Shown: piece by piece, positions 20,573 through 30,402 of the stretch
Position numbering within the stretch: position 1 is the first letter of the stretch
Layout: each line of letters begins with the position of its first letter
From: Leucobacter sp.
Lineage (GTDB): Bacteria; Actinomycetota; Actinomycetes; Actinomycetales; Microbacteriaceae
Assembly (NCBI GenBank): GCA_052106035.1
Contig: JBQEBC010000004.1
Coordinates: forward strand, 7,510-71,509
Length of the DNA: 64,000 nucleotides
Direction: 5' to 3'
Notes under the pieces: model-generated
Database searches by the model: none
Told to the model about the DNA's origin: nothing
The model's input: only the letters and a program-made list of their open reading frames with translations
Position numbers and translations under genes: made by a program

Positions 20573-21214
20573 TTAGCTCAGGAGTAGGGCTGCGCGCTCG
20601 CGAATTTTCTGGTGAATTTCACTCGACTCACCCGCAGCATCCAGCACCAAGAAGCGGTCCGGCTCGGTGCCTGCGAGAATCTGGAACCCTGCACGAACAC
20701 TCGCGTGGAACTCGAAAGCCTCCGCTTCTAAGCGGTCTGCTTGTGTCCCGTCGACGCTGTCTCGTGAAGCTCGCCGCGCTACCGCAATCTCGGGCTCAAG
20801 ATCCAAGAGCACCGTCAGGTTTGGCCAGAGGCCGACCACCGCCCACTCGTTAAAACGTCGCACGTCTTCAACGTCGAGCACACGACCTGCGCCCTGATAG
20901 GCGAGCGAGGAATCGATGTATCGGTCTTGCACGACAACAGCGCCACGCTCGAGTGCCGGGCGCACGACCGTCGCGATGTGCTGTGCCCGGTCTGCGGCGT
21001 ACAGCAGCGCCTCAGCGCGCGGGTCGACCGCCCCAATCTCTTCTCCCCCGTGCAGCAGCAGCCGGCGAATCTCCGCGCCCAGCGGCGTGCCGCCCGGCTC
21101 GCGGGTTCGTACGACCTCACGGCCGTCGCTTTCCAACCATTCGGCGAGCATCTGCGCTTGCGTCGACTTCCCGACGCCGTCACCGCCCTCGAGGGTGATG
21201 AAGAGACCGCTCAT
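20573..21214 (-). CDS. tmk: Thymidylate kinase
   Basis: FITLEGGDGVGKSTQ, TREPGG and DRYIDSSLAYQG motifs. Confidence 0.97.
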   Translation of the reverse strand: MSGLFITLEGGDGVGKSTQAQMLAEWLESDGREVVRTREPGGTPLGAEIRRLLLHGGEEIGAVDPRAEALLYAADRAQHIATVVRPALERGAVVVQDRYIDSSLAYQGAGRVLDVEDVRRFNEWAVVGLWPNLTVLLDLEPEIAVARRASRDSVDGTQADRLEAEAFEFHASVRAGFQILAGTEPDRFLVLDAAGESSEIHQKIRERAALLLS

Positions 21215-24007
21215 CTATTCGCCTGCCTTTTGAGCTTTCTTCGCGGCATTTGCCTTGCGAGTTTCTGCCGCCTTCTTCGCTGCAGCGGAACGCGCGGGAT
21301 CCACGGCTTTCGTCGCAGCCGTCTTCTTCGCGGCTGGCTTTTTGGCTGCGGTTTTCTTCTTAGCAGGAGCCTTCTTTTTCTTCGCGGGACCCTTCGCGCG
21401 CTTGATCGCAAGCAGGTCGATCGCGCGCTCAAACGTGATCTCTTCAACGGAATCGCCACGTGGGATCGTCGCGTTCGTCTCTCCGTCAGTCACGTACGGC
21501 CCGAACCGACCGTCGCGCACCTTCACTGGTTTGCCACTTACCGGGTCAGCATCAAATTCTTTGAGCGCTGAGCTTGCGCGACGTGCACCGTACTTGGGCT
21601 GAGCGAGAATTTCGAGCGCGCCCGCAAGATCGATCGAGAAGATTGCGTCTTCGCTCGGGAGCGTGCGCGTCTCGGTTCCCTTCTTGAGGTACGGGCCGTA
21701 GCGACCGTTCTGCGCCGTGATCGGCTCACCAGACTCAGCATCGTTTCCTACGATGCGAGGCAGCGCAATGAGCGCTACCGCAGTATCGAGGTCGATCGTC
21801 GCCGGGTCCATCGTCTTGAACAACGATGCGGTGCGCGGTTTCTCGCCCTTGGGCAGCTCTTCGTCTTCATTTGGCAGCTCTTGAACATACGGCCCAAAAC
21901 GACCATTTTTTGCAATGATGCGCTTGCCCGTTTCAGGGTGCAGCCCGACGACGCGATCTTCCAGCGGCTCGGCATCGGCAAGTTCATGTGCCCGTGCGGG
22001 TGTGAGTTCATCGGGCGCCATGCCGTCAGGAATGTTCACACTCCGTGGCTTCAGCTCACCCTCCTCGTTGACCTCACTCTTTTCATCGAAGACTTCGAGG
22101 TACGGGCCATACTTACCGTTGCGCAGGGAGATTGAGTCATCGATGCGGATCGTGTTGATCGCGCGCGCATCGATCTCACCGAGGTTGTCCACGACTCCGC
22201 GGAGTCCCGGGTGAACGTCGCTGCCGAAGTAAAACTCTTTCAGCCACGCAGCACGGTCAGTCTTTCCCGCAGCAATCTCGTCGAGATCGTTCTCCATCTC
22301 GGCAGTGAAGTCGTAGTCAACGAGTGCCGAGAAATGCTGTTCAAGCAGCCGTACGACGGAGAATGCGATCCAGCTGGGCACAAGAGCTTGCCCCTGCTTT
22401 GCCACGTACCCGCGGTCCATGATCGTCGAGATCGTTGCTGCGTAGGTCGAAGGCCTGCCGATGCCGAGCTCTTCGAGACGTTTCGTAAGGCTTGCTTCGG
22501 TGTACCTCGGCGGTGGGCTCGTTTCGTGTCCCTTGGCGAGTGGCTCTTTGATACCGAGGTTCTGCTTCTCGGTGAGCTGCGGAAGCGACACGTTCTGTTC
22601 TGTGTCGCCACGCTTCTCGTCGCGCCCTTCTTCATATGCGAGGAGGAAGCCGGGGAAGGTGATGACGGTGCCACTCGCGGTGAACTCTGCGTCGAGTGTG
22701 TTCGAGTTCTCGCTGATCTGCACGGCGACGGTTACGGTGTCAGTGGACCCCTTTGCGTCGGCCATCTGGCTCGCGACAGTGCGCTTCCAAATGAGGTCAT
22801 ACAACGCGAATTCACCCTGAGTGAGCTTGCCCTTCAGCTCGCTTGGGCGCTGAAAAACATCACCCGCGGGACGGATCGCCTCGTGTGCTTCCTGCGCACC
22901 CTTCGACTTTCCCGTGTATACGCGCGGCTTCTCTGGAATCGTTTCAGCCCCATACAGGGATGCTGCTTGTGAACGAGCTGCTTTGATCGCCTGCTGCGAC
23001 AGCGTGGGCGAATCGGTACGCATGTAAGTAATGTGACCGTTTTCGTACAAAGACTGCGCAAACGACATCGTCTGACGCGAGCTGTACCGAAGCTTGCGCG
23101 ACGCCTCCTGCTGCAGCGTGGAGGTGGTGAACGGAGCCGCTGGCCTGCGCGTGTGCGGCTTCGTTTCGAGTGAGCGTACAACGGCATCTGGGCCAGACTC
23201 GATTGCAGCTGCAAGTGCGGTAGCACGCGCTGCGTCGAGACCGATCACGCCGGCCTGTACCGACTTCGGCTTCAGTTCGCCGGTGTCACCATAGTCGCTG
23301 CCTGAGGCAACGCGGCTTCCGTCGAGACGCACCAGCTTGGCTTCGAACGGTACGCGGTCGGGTGCGTCATCTGCGGGGAGGAATTTGGCGCCAATGCTCC
23401 AGTATTCGGCCGCGGTGAACGCAAGTCGCTCACGTTCGCGGTCGACGACGAGCCTCGTTGCGGCAGACTGCACGCGGCCCGCCGAAAGCTTCGGCGCGAC
23501 CTTGCGCCACAGCACGGGAGAAATATCGTACCCGTAAAGCCTGTCAAGGATGCGCCGTGTTTCCTGGGCGTCAACAAGCGCAGTATCGAGATCTCGCGTG
23601 TTTGCTTTCGCCTCTTCTATTGCGTCTTGCGTGATCTCGTGGAACACCATGCGTCGCACGGGTACCTTGGGCTTCAGCACCTCAAGCAGGTGCCACGCGA
23701 TGGCCTCACCTTCGCGGTCCTCATCAGTGGCGAGCCACAGCTCGTCCGCTCCCTTGAGTGCCCGTTTGAGCTCGCTGACGGTTTTCTTCTTGTTGTCGTT
23801 GACAACATAGTAGGGAGCGAAGCCGTTATCAACGTCGACCGCAAACTTTCCGAGCGGGCCCTTTTTGAGGTCGCTCGGTAGTTCAGAGGGTTCCGCGAGG
23901 TCGCGAATATGCCCGACTGAGGCAATCACCTCGTAGTCTTCGCCCAAATATCCACCGATCGTGCGCGCCTTAGTTGGCGACTCCACGATGACGAGCTTTT
24001 TCGCCAC
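21215..24007 (-). CDS. topA: DNA topoisomerase I with Lys/Ala-rich C-terminal tail
   Basis: LVIVESPTKA, ATDEDREGE, SAGRVQS and ITYMRTDS motifs, plus repeated NGRFGPY; start at GTG 24007. Confidence 0.97.
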   Translation of the reverse strand: MAKKLVIVESPTKARTIGGYLGEDYEVIASVGHIRDLAEPSELPSDLKKGPLGKFAVDVDNGFAPYYVVNDNKKKTVSELKRALKGADELWLATDEDREGEAIAWHLLEVLKPKVPVRRMVFHEITQDAIEEAKANTRDLDTALVDAQETRRILDRLYGYDISPVLWRKVAPKLSAGRVQSAATRLVVDRERERLAFTAAEYWSIGAKFLPADDAPDRVPFEAKLVRLDGSRVASGSDYGDTGELKPKSVQAGVIGLDAARATALAAAIESGPDAVVRSLETKPHTRRPAAPFTTSTLQQEASRKLRYSSRQTMSFAQSLYENGHITYMRTDSPTLSQQAIKAARSQAASLYGAETIPEKPRVYTGKSKGAQEAHEAIRPAGDVFQRPSELKGKLTQGEFALYDLIWKRTVASQMADAKGSTDTVTVAVQISENSNTLDAEFTASGTVITFPGFLLAYEEGRDEKRGDTEQNVSLPQLTEKQNLGIKEPLAKGHETSPPPRYTEASLTKRLEELGIGRPSTYAATISTIMDRGYVAKQGQALVPSWIAFSVVRLLEQHFSALVDYDFTAEMENDLDEIAAGKTDRAAWLKEFYFGSDVHPGLRGVVDNLGEIDARAINTIRIDDSISLRNGKYGPYLEVFDEKSEVNEEGELKPRSVNIPDGMAPDELTPARAHELADAEPLEDRVVGLHPETGKRIIAKNGRFGPYVQELPNEDEELPKGEKPRTASLFKTMDPATIDLDTAVALIALPRIVGNDAESGEPITAQNGRYGPYLKKGTETRTLPSEDAIFSIDLAGALEILAQPKYGARRASSALKEFDADPVSGKPVKVRDGRFGPYVTDGETNATIPRGDSVEEITFERAIDLLAIKRAKGPAKKKKAPAKKKTAAKKPAAKKTAATKAVDPARSAAAKKAAETRKANAAKKAQKAGE

Positions 24008-24104
24008 GGCACTCCCATTCTTACGTCTGTGATCCCGAAACCGGCGCGTGTAGCGCAACGGGTGCTCTGCACGGTAACGATACACACACCTGGGTGAGAA
24101 TCCA

Positions 24105-24470
24105 TTATTCGTTGCCTGGCAGCCCCACCCCCGGGGCCTCATTCGGAGGGCCCGCACGAGCGGATCGGGTGACACTCAACAACCCAATGCGCGCGGTTGC
24201 TGTTACACGTGCTTCTGCACTCACAGTATCAACTTCGCAGCCCGCAAGCGTCGCACCGTGCCTGCGCACGAGATCTGCTGCGAGCGCACAGGGCGCCATT
24301 TCGGTGCCAGAAGCAAGAAGCCCGATCACAGAGTCAGCGGCGGCGAGCGAGGCAGAATCTGCGGCGCTCGCCGCCGTCGCGCCCGCGGCCGCAGCATTCG
24401 AAGCGAGCAGTACTGGCGATCCGAGAACTAACACTCCGGCAGCAACCGCGGTCATTACCGGGACGCTCAC
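24105..24470 (-). CDS. TadE-like / Rv3654c-type pilus-associated protein
   Basis: Hydrophobic N-terminus, AADSASLAAAD, two Cys and SARAGPP; last gene of the Tad locus. Confidence 0.75.
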   Translation of the reverse strand: MSVPVMTAVAAGVLVLGSPVLLASNAAAAGATAASAADSASLAAADSVIGLLASGTEMAPCALAADLVRRHGATLAGCEVDTVSAEARVTATARIGLLSVTRSARAGPPNEAPGVGLPGNE

Positions 24471-24473
24471 GAT

Positions 24474-24870
24474 TCACCACTCTCCTGTCGCTGCAGAGAG
24501 CGCCGCGCAGCCTCGCCCTTGTACCTGAATCGCCGCGAGGAGGCCGGGTCTTGGTGCTGACGTTGCTTCAACACACAACACCCCACCATCATGCTCCCTT
24601 CTTATAGTGGGGCTTCGACCGTCGCTTGCGATCCTCGATGCGGCAAGCGAGCTGTCTCCTCTTGCTTCGAGCCTGGCGACATCTCCGGCAAGCGAGACCA
24701 GTGCCACTCGCTCAGCCGCAAGATGGATGCCGCCGATCACGATGCCGAGGACGAGCAGTACCGCTGGAACCGTGATCGCGAACTCCGCCGTCACCGATCC
24801 ACGCTCATCGCGAGCGAATTGCTGCGCAGTGCCACGGAACAGTTCTCTTCGCAATTGGGCGCCACTAACC
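24474..24870 (-). CDS. TadE family minor pilin (start uncertain)
   Basis: Prepilin-like ERGSVTAEFAITVP followed by a hydrophobic helix; ARGD motif. Confidence 0.8.
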
Positions 24871-25227
24871 TGCGCTGCCCAGCGCGTTCTGCACGAGTTG
24901 CAGCAACATCGCACGCACCTCGTCAGATCGCATGATCACAATGAGGAGCCCAGCGAATGCAACGGCTGCCATGATGACGAGTGCATATTCTGCAGTCACT
25001 GCACCACGGTCATCGGTGACAAAAACGCGCGTAAATTTCCTTCCGTGTGCACGCAATTTTGAGCGCCATCCCTGCCGACCTGGGGCAGTGGGCGAGGGCA
25101 CGTCGGCGGTTGTGTCGGCTTGGTCGACCGGAAAGCCCAGACGCAAGAGCGTCTCGAATTCGTCGGCTGCCGTATCTTCAAACGATTCTCTACTGGTCTT
25201 GTTCAGCAGTGGTGTGGCCTGTTTCAT
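24865..25227 (-). CDS. DUF4244 / Flp-like pilin
   Basis: DDRGAVTAEYALVIMAAVAFAGLLIVIMRSDEVR. Confidence 0.88.
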   Translation of the reverse strand: MKQATPLLNKTSRESFEDTAADEFETLLRLGFPVDQADTTADVPSPTAPGRQGWRSKLRAHGRKFTRVFVTDDRGAVTAEYALVIMAAVAFAGLLIVIMRSDEVRAMLLQLVQNALGSAG

Positions 25228-25366
25228 GGTGTGCTCCGTTCATGGGTTGATGAGGCAAGTTCGCCTCGATAGTTATCCTCACCAAATCGCGATGTCACTG
25301 TGTTCAAAAGAAACAGACTGTGGAGAAAAACCGGGATCGCCCGTACGAGTGCGCCCTGTGGGGAAT

Positions 25367-26410
25367 TCAAAAAACGACTACATCGCCGAGCAGGGTCGTG
25401 ACCACAGGAACCACGCCCAACACGATGAATGCGGGGAGAATGCACGTCGCGAGCGGGATGAGGATCCGTACACCGAGTCGCTCTGCCTGTTCTTCCAAGA
25501 CAGCCAGGGTGGTCGCACGCTCCTCTGTAGCCGCGTCGAGGAGCAACGCCGACGCTGGTACACCCGCCACAATAGCCTCGTTCATCGCTCGGTCGAGCGG
25601 AGTCCCGCGACACAGGCTTGCGAGTTCGATCCACTCGGCACGCGCTTGAGAAACCGCGTCTGCGACTCGGAGCCGCGCAAGTGCCGGCGGTGCTCCACCC
25701 GAGAGTCCCACCCACATGAGCTCACACTCGAGCCCGGCAACACGGTCGTCAGCCTCCACCTTTGCTGTAAGCCTGTGTGCCCAGCGAGCACCGATGAACT
25801 GCAAGCTGAGACCAACACACAGCAACACCACGCCAAAGGGTGTGGTGAAAACGGGAAGCGGATCGAAGCCGAGAATCCAGCCGACTGCAATCGCAGCAAT
25901 TGGTAAGGCAGAGACGAGGCGAACCGTCGTTCGTGGCGCCGCAAGCAGTACCGTACGACGGCGCCCCAGTTCGTCGATACTGCGAAGCGCGGCAGCGATT
26001 CGATCGAGCACGGGAGCGAATGGTGCCCCAGTCATTTCGGCGAGGTTCCATGCCGCACCGAGGAGCCGCCACTCCGGACCCTCGGCCTCGGCAAACGCGT
26101 CGCCAATTCTCGCCCCCTCCTGCACCCGCTGCGTGATGGCACCGAGCTGCGAAGTCCGCACTACTGAAGTGTGTTCCTCAAGATCAACAGGCTGCGCGTC
26201 ACGAGCGAGTGCTGCGACGACCTGACTGGTGTGCATCCCGCCGCGCAACAGTGTCGCACACCGGGCCGCGACTGCGGCGGCACTGGAACCAGCACTCGCA
26301 CTGTTGCTACCGTCGTCGGCCGCCTGCGTGGGCGTATTGAACCGTCGCTTCAACATCGTAAAAAACGGACTCGCGATAATCCGGTGTATCCGTGAGTCGG
26401 TCGACGTCAT
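25367..26410 (-). CDS. Type II secretion system F family protein (TadB/TadC-like)
   Basis: GAPFAPVLDRIA and C-terminal RLGVRILIPLATCILPAFIVLGVVP; start approximate. Confidence 0.85.
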   Translation of the reverse strand: MTSTDSRIHRIIASPFFTMLKRRFNTPTQAADDGSNSASAGSSAAAVAARCATLLRGGMHTSQVVAALARDAQPVDLEEHTSVVRTSQLGAITQRVQEGARIGDAFAEAEGPEWRLLGAAWNLAEMTGAPFAPVLDRIAAALRSIDELGRRRTVLLAAPRTTVRLVSALPIAAIAVGWILGFDPLPVFTTPFGVVLLCVGLSLQFIGARWAHRLTAKVEADDRVAGLECELMWVGLSGGAPPALARLRVADAVSQARAEWIELASLCRGTPLDRAMNEAIVAGVPASALLLDAATEERATTLAVLEEQAERLGVRILIPLATCILPAFIVLGVVPVVTTLLGDVVVF

Positions 26411-27392
26411 GGGTCTCCACTTCCAACTGTCCTGCGCTTCCCAGCCGAAAGCGCCCAACCTGTTCGATACGGTGCACGCCTCGTTGCCGCCCCACATGCA
26501 CGACTGTGTGCAGCGCAGACACCGTCTGTCGCGCGAGAGCTGCGACAGGTAGGTCGGCGAGTAATCCGAGTGCCTCGAGGCGTGCGGGAACATCCTCGAG
26601 GCGGTTCGCATGCAGAGTGCCGGCCCCACCGTCATGTCCGGTGTTCAATGCCGAGAGCAGCGTCTTAATTTCGACCCCACGGCATTCGCCAAGCACGAGT
26701 CGATCCGGGCGCATGCGCAGCGCTTCGCGGAGCAACCGTTCGAGCGACACTTCTCCTGCTCCCTCAATATTTGCTTGTCTTGATTCGAGGGCGACGTGGT
26801 GCCCGTGTAAGGGGCGAAGCTCCGCCACATCCTCAATGGTGATGATGCGCTCGTCTGCTGGCACGAGCGATAGCAGCGCCGTGAGTAGGGTCGTCTTTCC
26901 ACTTCCCGTTCCCCCGGTGATGAGAAGATTTCGTCGACCAGCGACCTCACCTTCAAGAAACCGCGCGATGTGAGGAGCGCATAACCCGGCACCCACAAGC
27001 TCTGGGAAGGATGCCGCATGCTCGCGCGGCAGCCGGATCGAGATCGCCGACCCCGAAGCTGCGACTGGTGCGAGCACGGAGTGCACTCTGATGCCGTCAC
27101 CCAGCCGCACGTCTGCGCATGGGTTGAGTTCGTCAAGATGCCTCCCACCCGCAGCAATCAGTGAGATTGCAAGTCGGTTCACCGCGGTCTCTGGCACGCT
27201 CCACTCCCTCATGCGTTCGGCCCCTGCGCCACGATCCACAAAGAGGTGCCCCACACCATCATGTGCGTGCACCATGAGATCTCGTACCCCTGGATCGTCG
27301 ACGAGCGGCAGCAGCCCACCCAGCGCGCGACGAACCTCAGGACTCAGGTGCGCAGAACGGCCGAGGCCCGACGACACTTCAATTGGCGACAT
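26307..27392 (-). CDS. tadA: TadA/CpaF pilus assembly ATPase
   Basis: GGTGSGKTT, IEDVAEL, ALRMRPDRLVLGECRG and NTGHDG motifs. Confidence 0.92.
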   Translation of the reverse strand: MSPIEVSSGLGRSAHLSPEVRRALGGLLPLVDDPGVRDLMVHAHDGVGHLFVDRGAGAERMREWSVPETAVNRLAISLIAAGGRHLDELNPCADVRLGDGIRVHSVLAPVAASGSAISIRLPREHAASFPELVGAGLCAPHIARFLEGEVAGRRNLLITGGTGSGKTTLLTALLSLVPADERIITIEDVAELRPLHGHHVALESRQANIEGAGEVSLERLLREALRMRPDRLVLGECRGVEIKTLLSALNTGHDGGAGTLHANRLEDVPARLEALGLLADLPVAALARQTVSALHTVVHVGRQRGVHRIEQVGRFRLGSAGQLEVETHDVDRLTDTPDYRESVFYDVEATVQYAHAGGRRR

Positions 27393-27544
27393 GACTTCAG
27401 TACATGTGCTCAACACCAGAAAATGCTCTCAAAACATCAGAATGTGCACAGAACACCCGCATACCTACTTTCGGGCGGTCTGTGGACAAAGCTTGCGGGT
27501 CTAGCATGGCAAAGGACAATGATGTTTATTGATGAAAGGTAGCC

Positions 27545-29557
<2,013 letters not shown>

Positions 29558-29583
29558 CGTTTACGCAGCCTGTCACCCATCCA

Positions 29584-29652
29584 AACTAAATATGCGCAAG
29601 GGTGTGCGGTGAAATTCGATTACTCACCGCACACCCTTGCGCATATTTAGTT
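29584..29652. terminator. 29-bp perfect inverted repeat between convergent acs and ridA genes
   Basis: Arms at 29584-29612 and 29624-29652 with an 11-nt loop. Confidence 0.75.
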
Positions 29653-29666
29653 CGTCGCGTGGGTCG

Positions 29667-30143
29667 TTAGTCGCTCACGCGGAAAATGAATTCAATCTCG
29701 ACCGGTGCGTCGAGCGGCAGTACTGCGACTCCCACGGCTGAGCGTGAGTGAATGCCGATGTCGCCAAAGACCTTGCCAAGAAACACTGAGGCCCCATTTG
29801 CGACGGTTGGCTGACCAGTGAATGCGGGGTCTGACGCAATGAATGCCGTCACCTTGATGACCTGCTCCACCTTGTCGAGCGATCCGACGACCCCACGCAC
29901 AGCAGCAAGCGCGTTGAGCGCACACACCTGCGCAAGCTCTGCCGCTTGCTCGGGGGAAACAAGACCGTCACCCTCGCCAACCTTGCCGCTGGCAGGGAGC
30001 TCACCTGCCACGAACGGGAGCTGTCCTGATGTGTAGATGTAATTTCCATCACGAACCGCAGGGACATATGCCGCTACAGCTGCTGGCACCTCAGGAATTT
30101 CGAGCCCTAGTTCACGAACTCGGTCTTCGATGACTGTTGACAT
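29667..30143 (-). CDS. RidA/YjgF family protein
   Basis: YTSGQLP and HSRSAVGVAVLPLDAPVEIE motifs. Confidence 0.93.
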   Translation of the reverse strand: MSTVIEDRVRELGLEIPEVPAAVAAYVPAVRDGNYIYTSGQLPFVAGELPASGKVGEGDGLVSPEQAAELAQVCALNALAAVRGVVGSLDKVEQVIKVTAFIASDPAFTGQPTVANGASVFLGKVFGDIGIHSRSAVGVAVLPLDAPVEIEFIFRVSD

Positions 30144-30144
30144 T

Positions 30145-30312
30145 TCAGGCCTTTCTCTTCAGGTATGCAACGTTTCCACCCGCAGGTCCCTCGATAATCT
30201 GCACGAGTTCCCACCCCTGTGCTCCCCAATTATTGAGGATCTGTGCTTCATTATGAAGCAGGAGCGGAGTCACAAAGTACTCCCATTTGGGGGCATCTGG
30301 CGTGTCAGTCAC
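30145..30312 (-). CDS. Small DUF4177-type protein, 55 aa (below the ORF-track cutoff)
   Basis: Manual translation: MTDTPDAPKWEYFVTPLLLHNEAQILNNWGAQGWELVQIIEGPAGGNVAYLKRKA. The WEY, LNxWGxxGWELV and YLKR motifs and the position upstream of ridA fit this family. Confidence 0.9.
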   Translation of the reverse strand: MTDTPDAPKWEYFVTPLLLHNEAQILNNWGAQGWELVQIIEGPAGGNVAYLKRKA

Positions 30313-30402
30313 GGAGACTCCAATCTCAATTTCACAGGGGTTGACGTCGAAAATTGACGCGAGCGGCGCTGATTGCCAGCTACATCGCTTACTCTAGATC
30401 TT

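Noticed and set aside
21215-21400. Lys/Ala-rich repeats at the TopA C-terminus
   Set aside because: A known feature of actinobacterial TopA.
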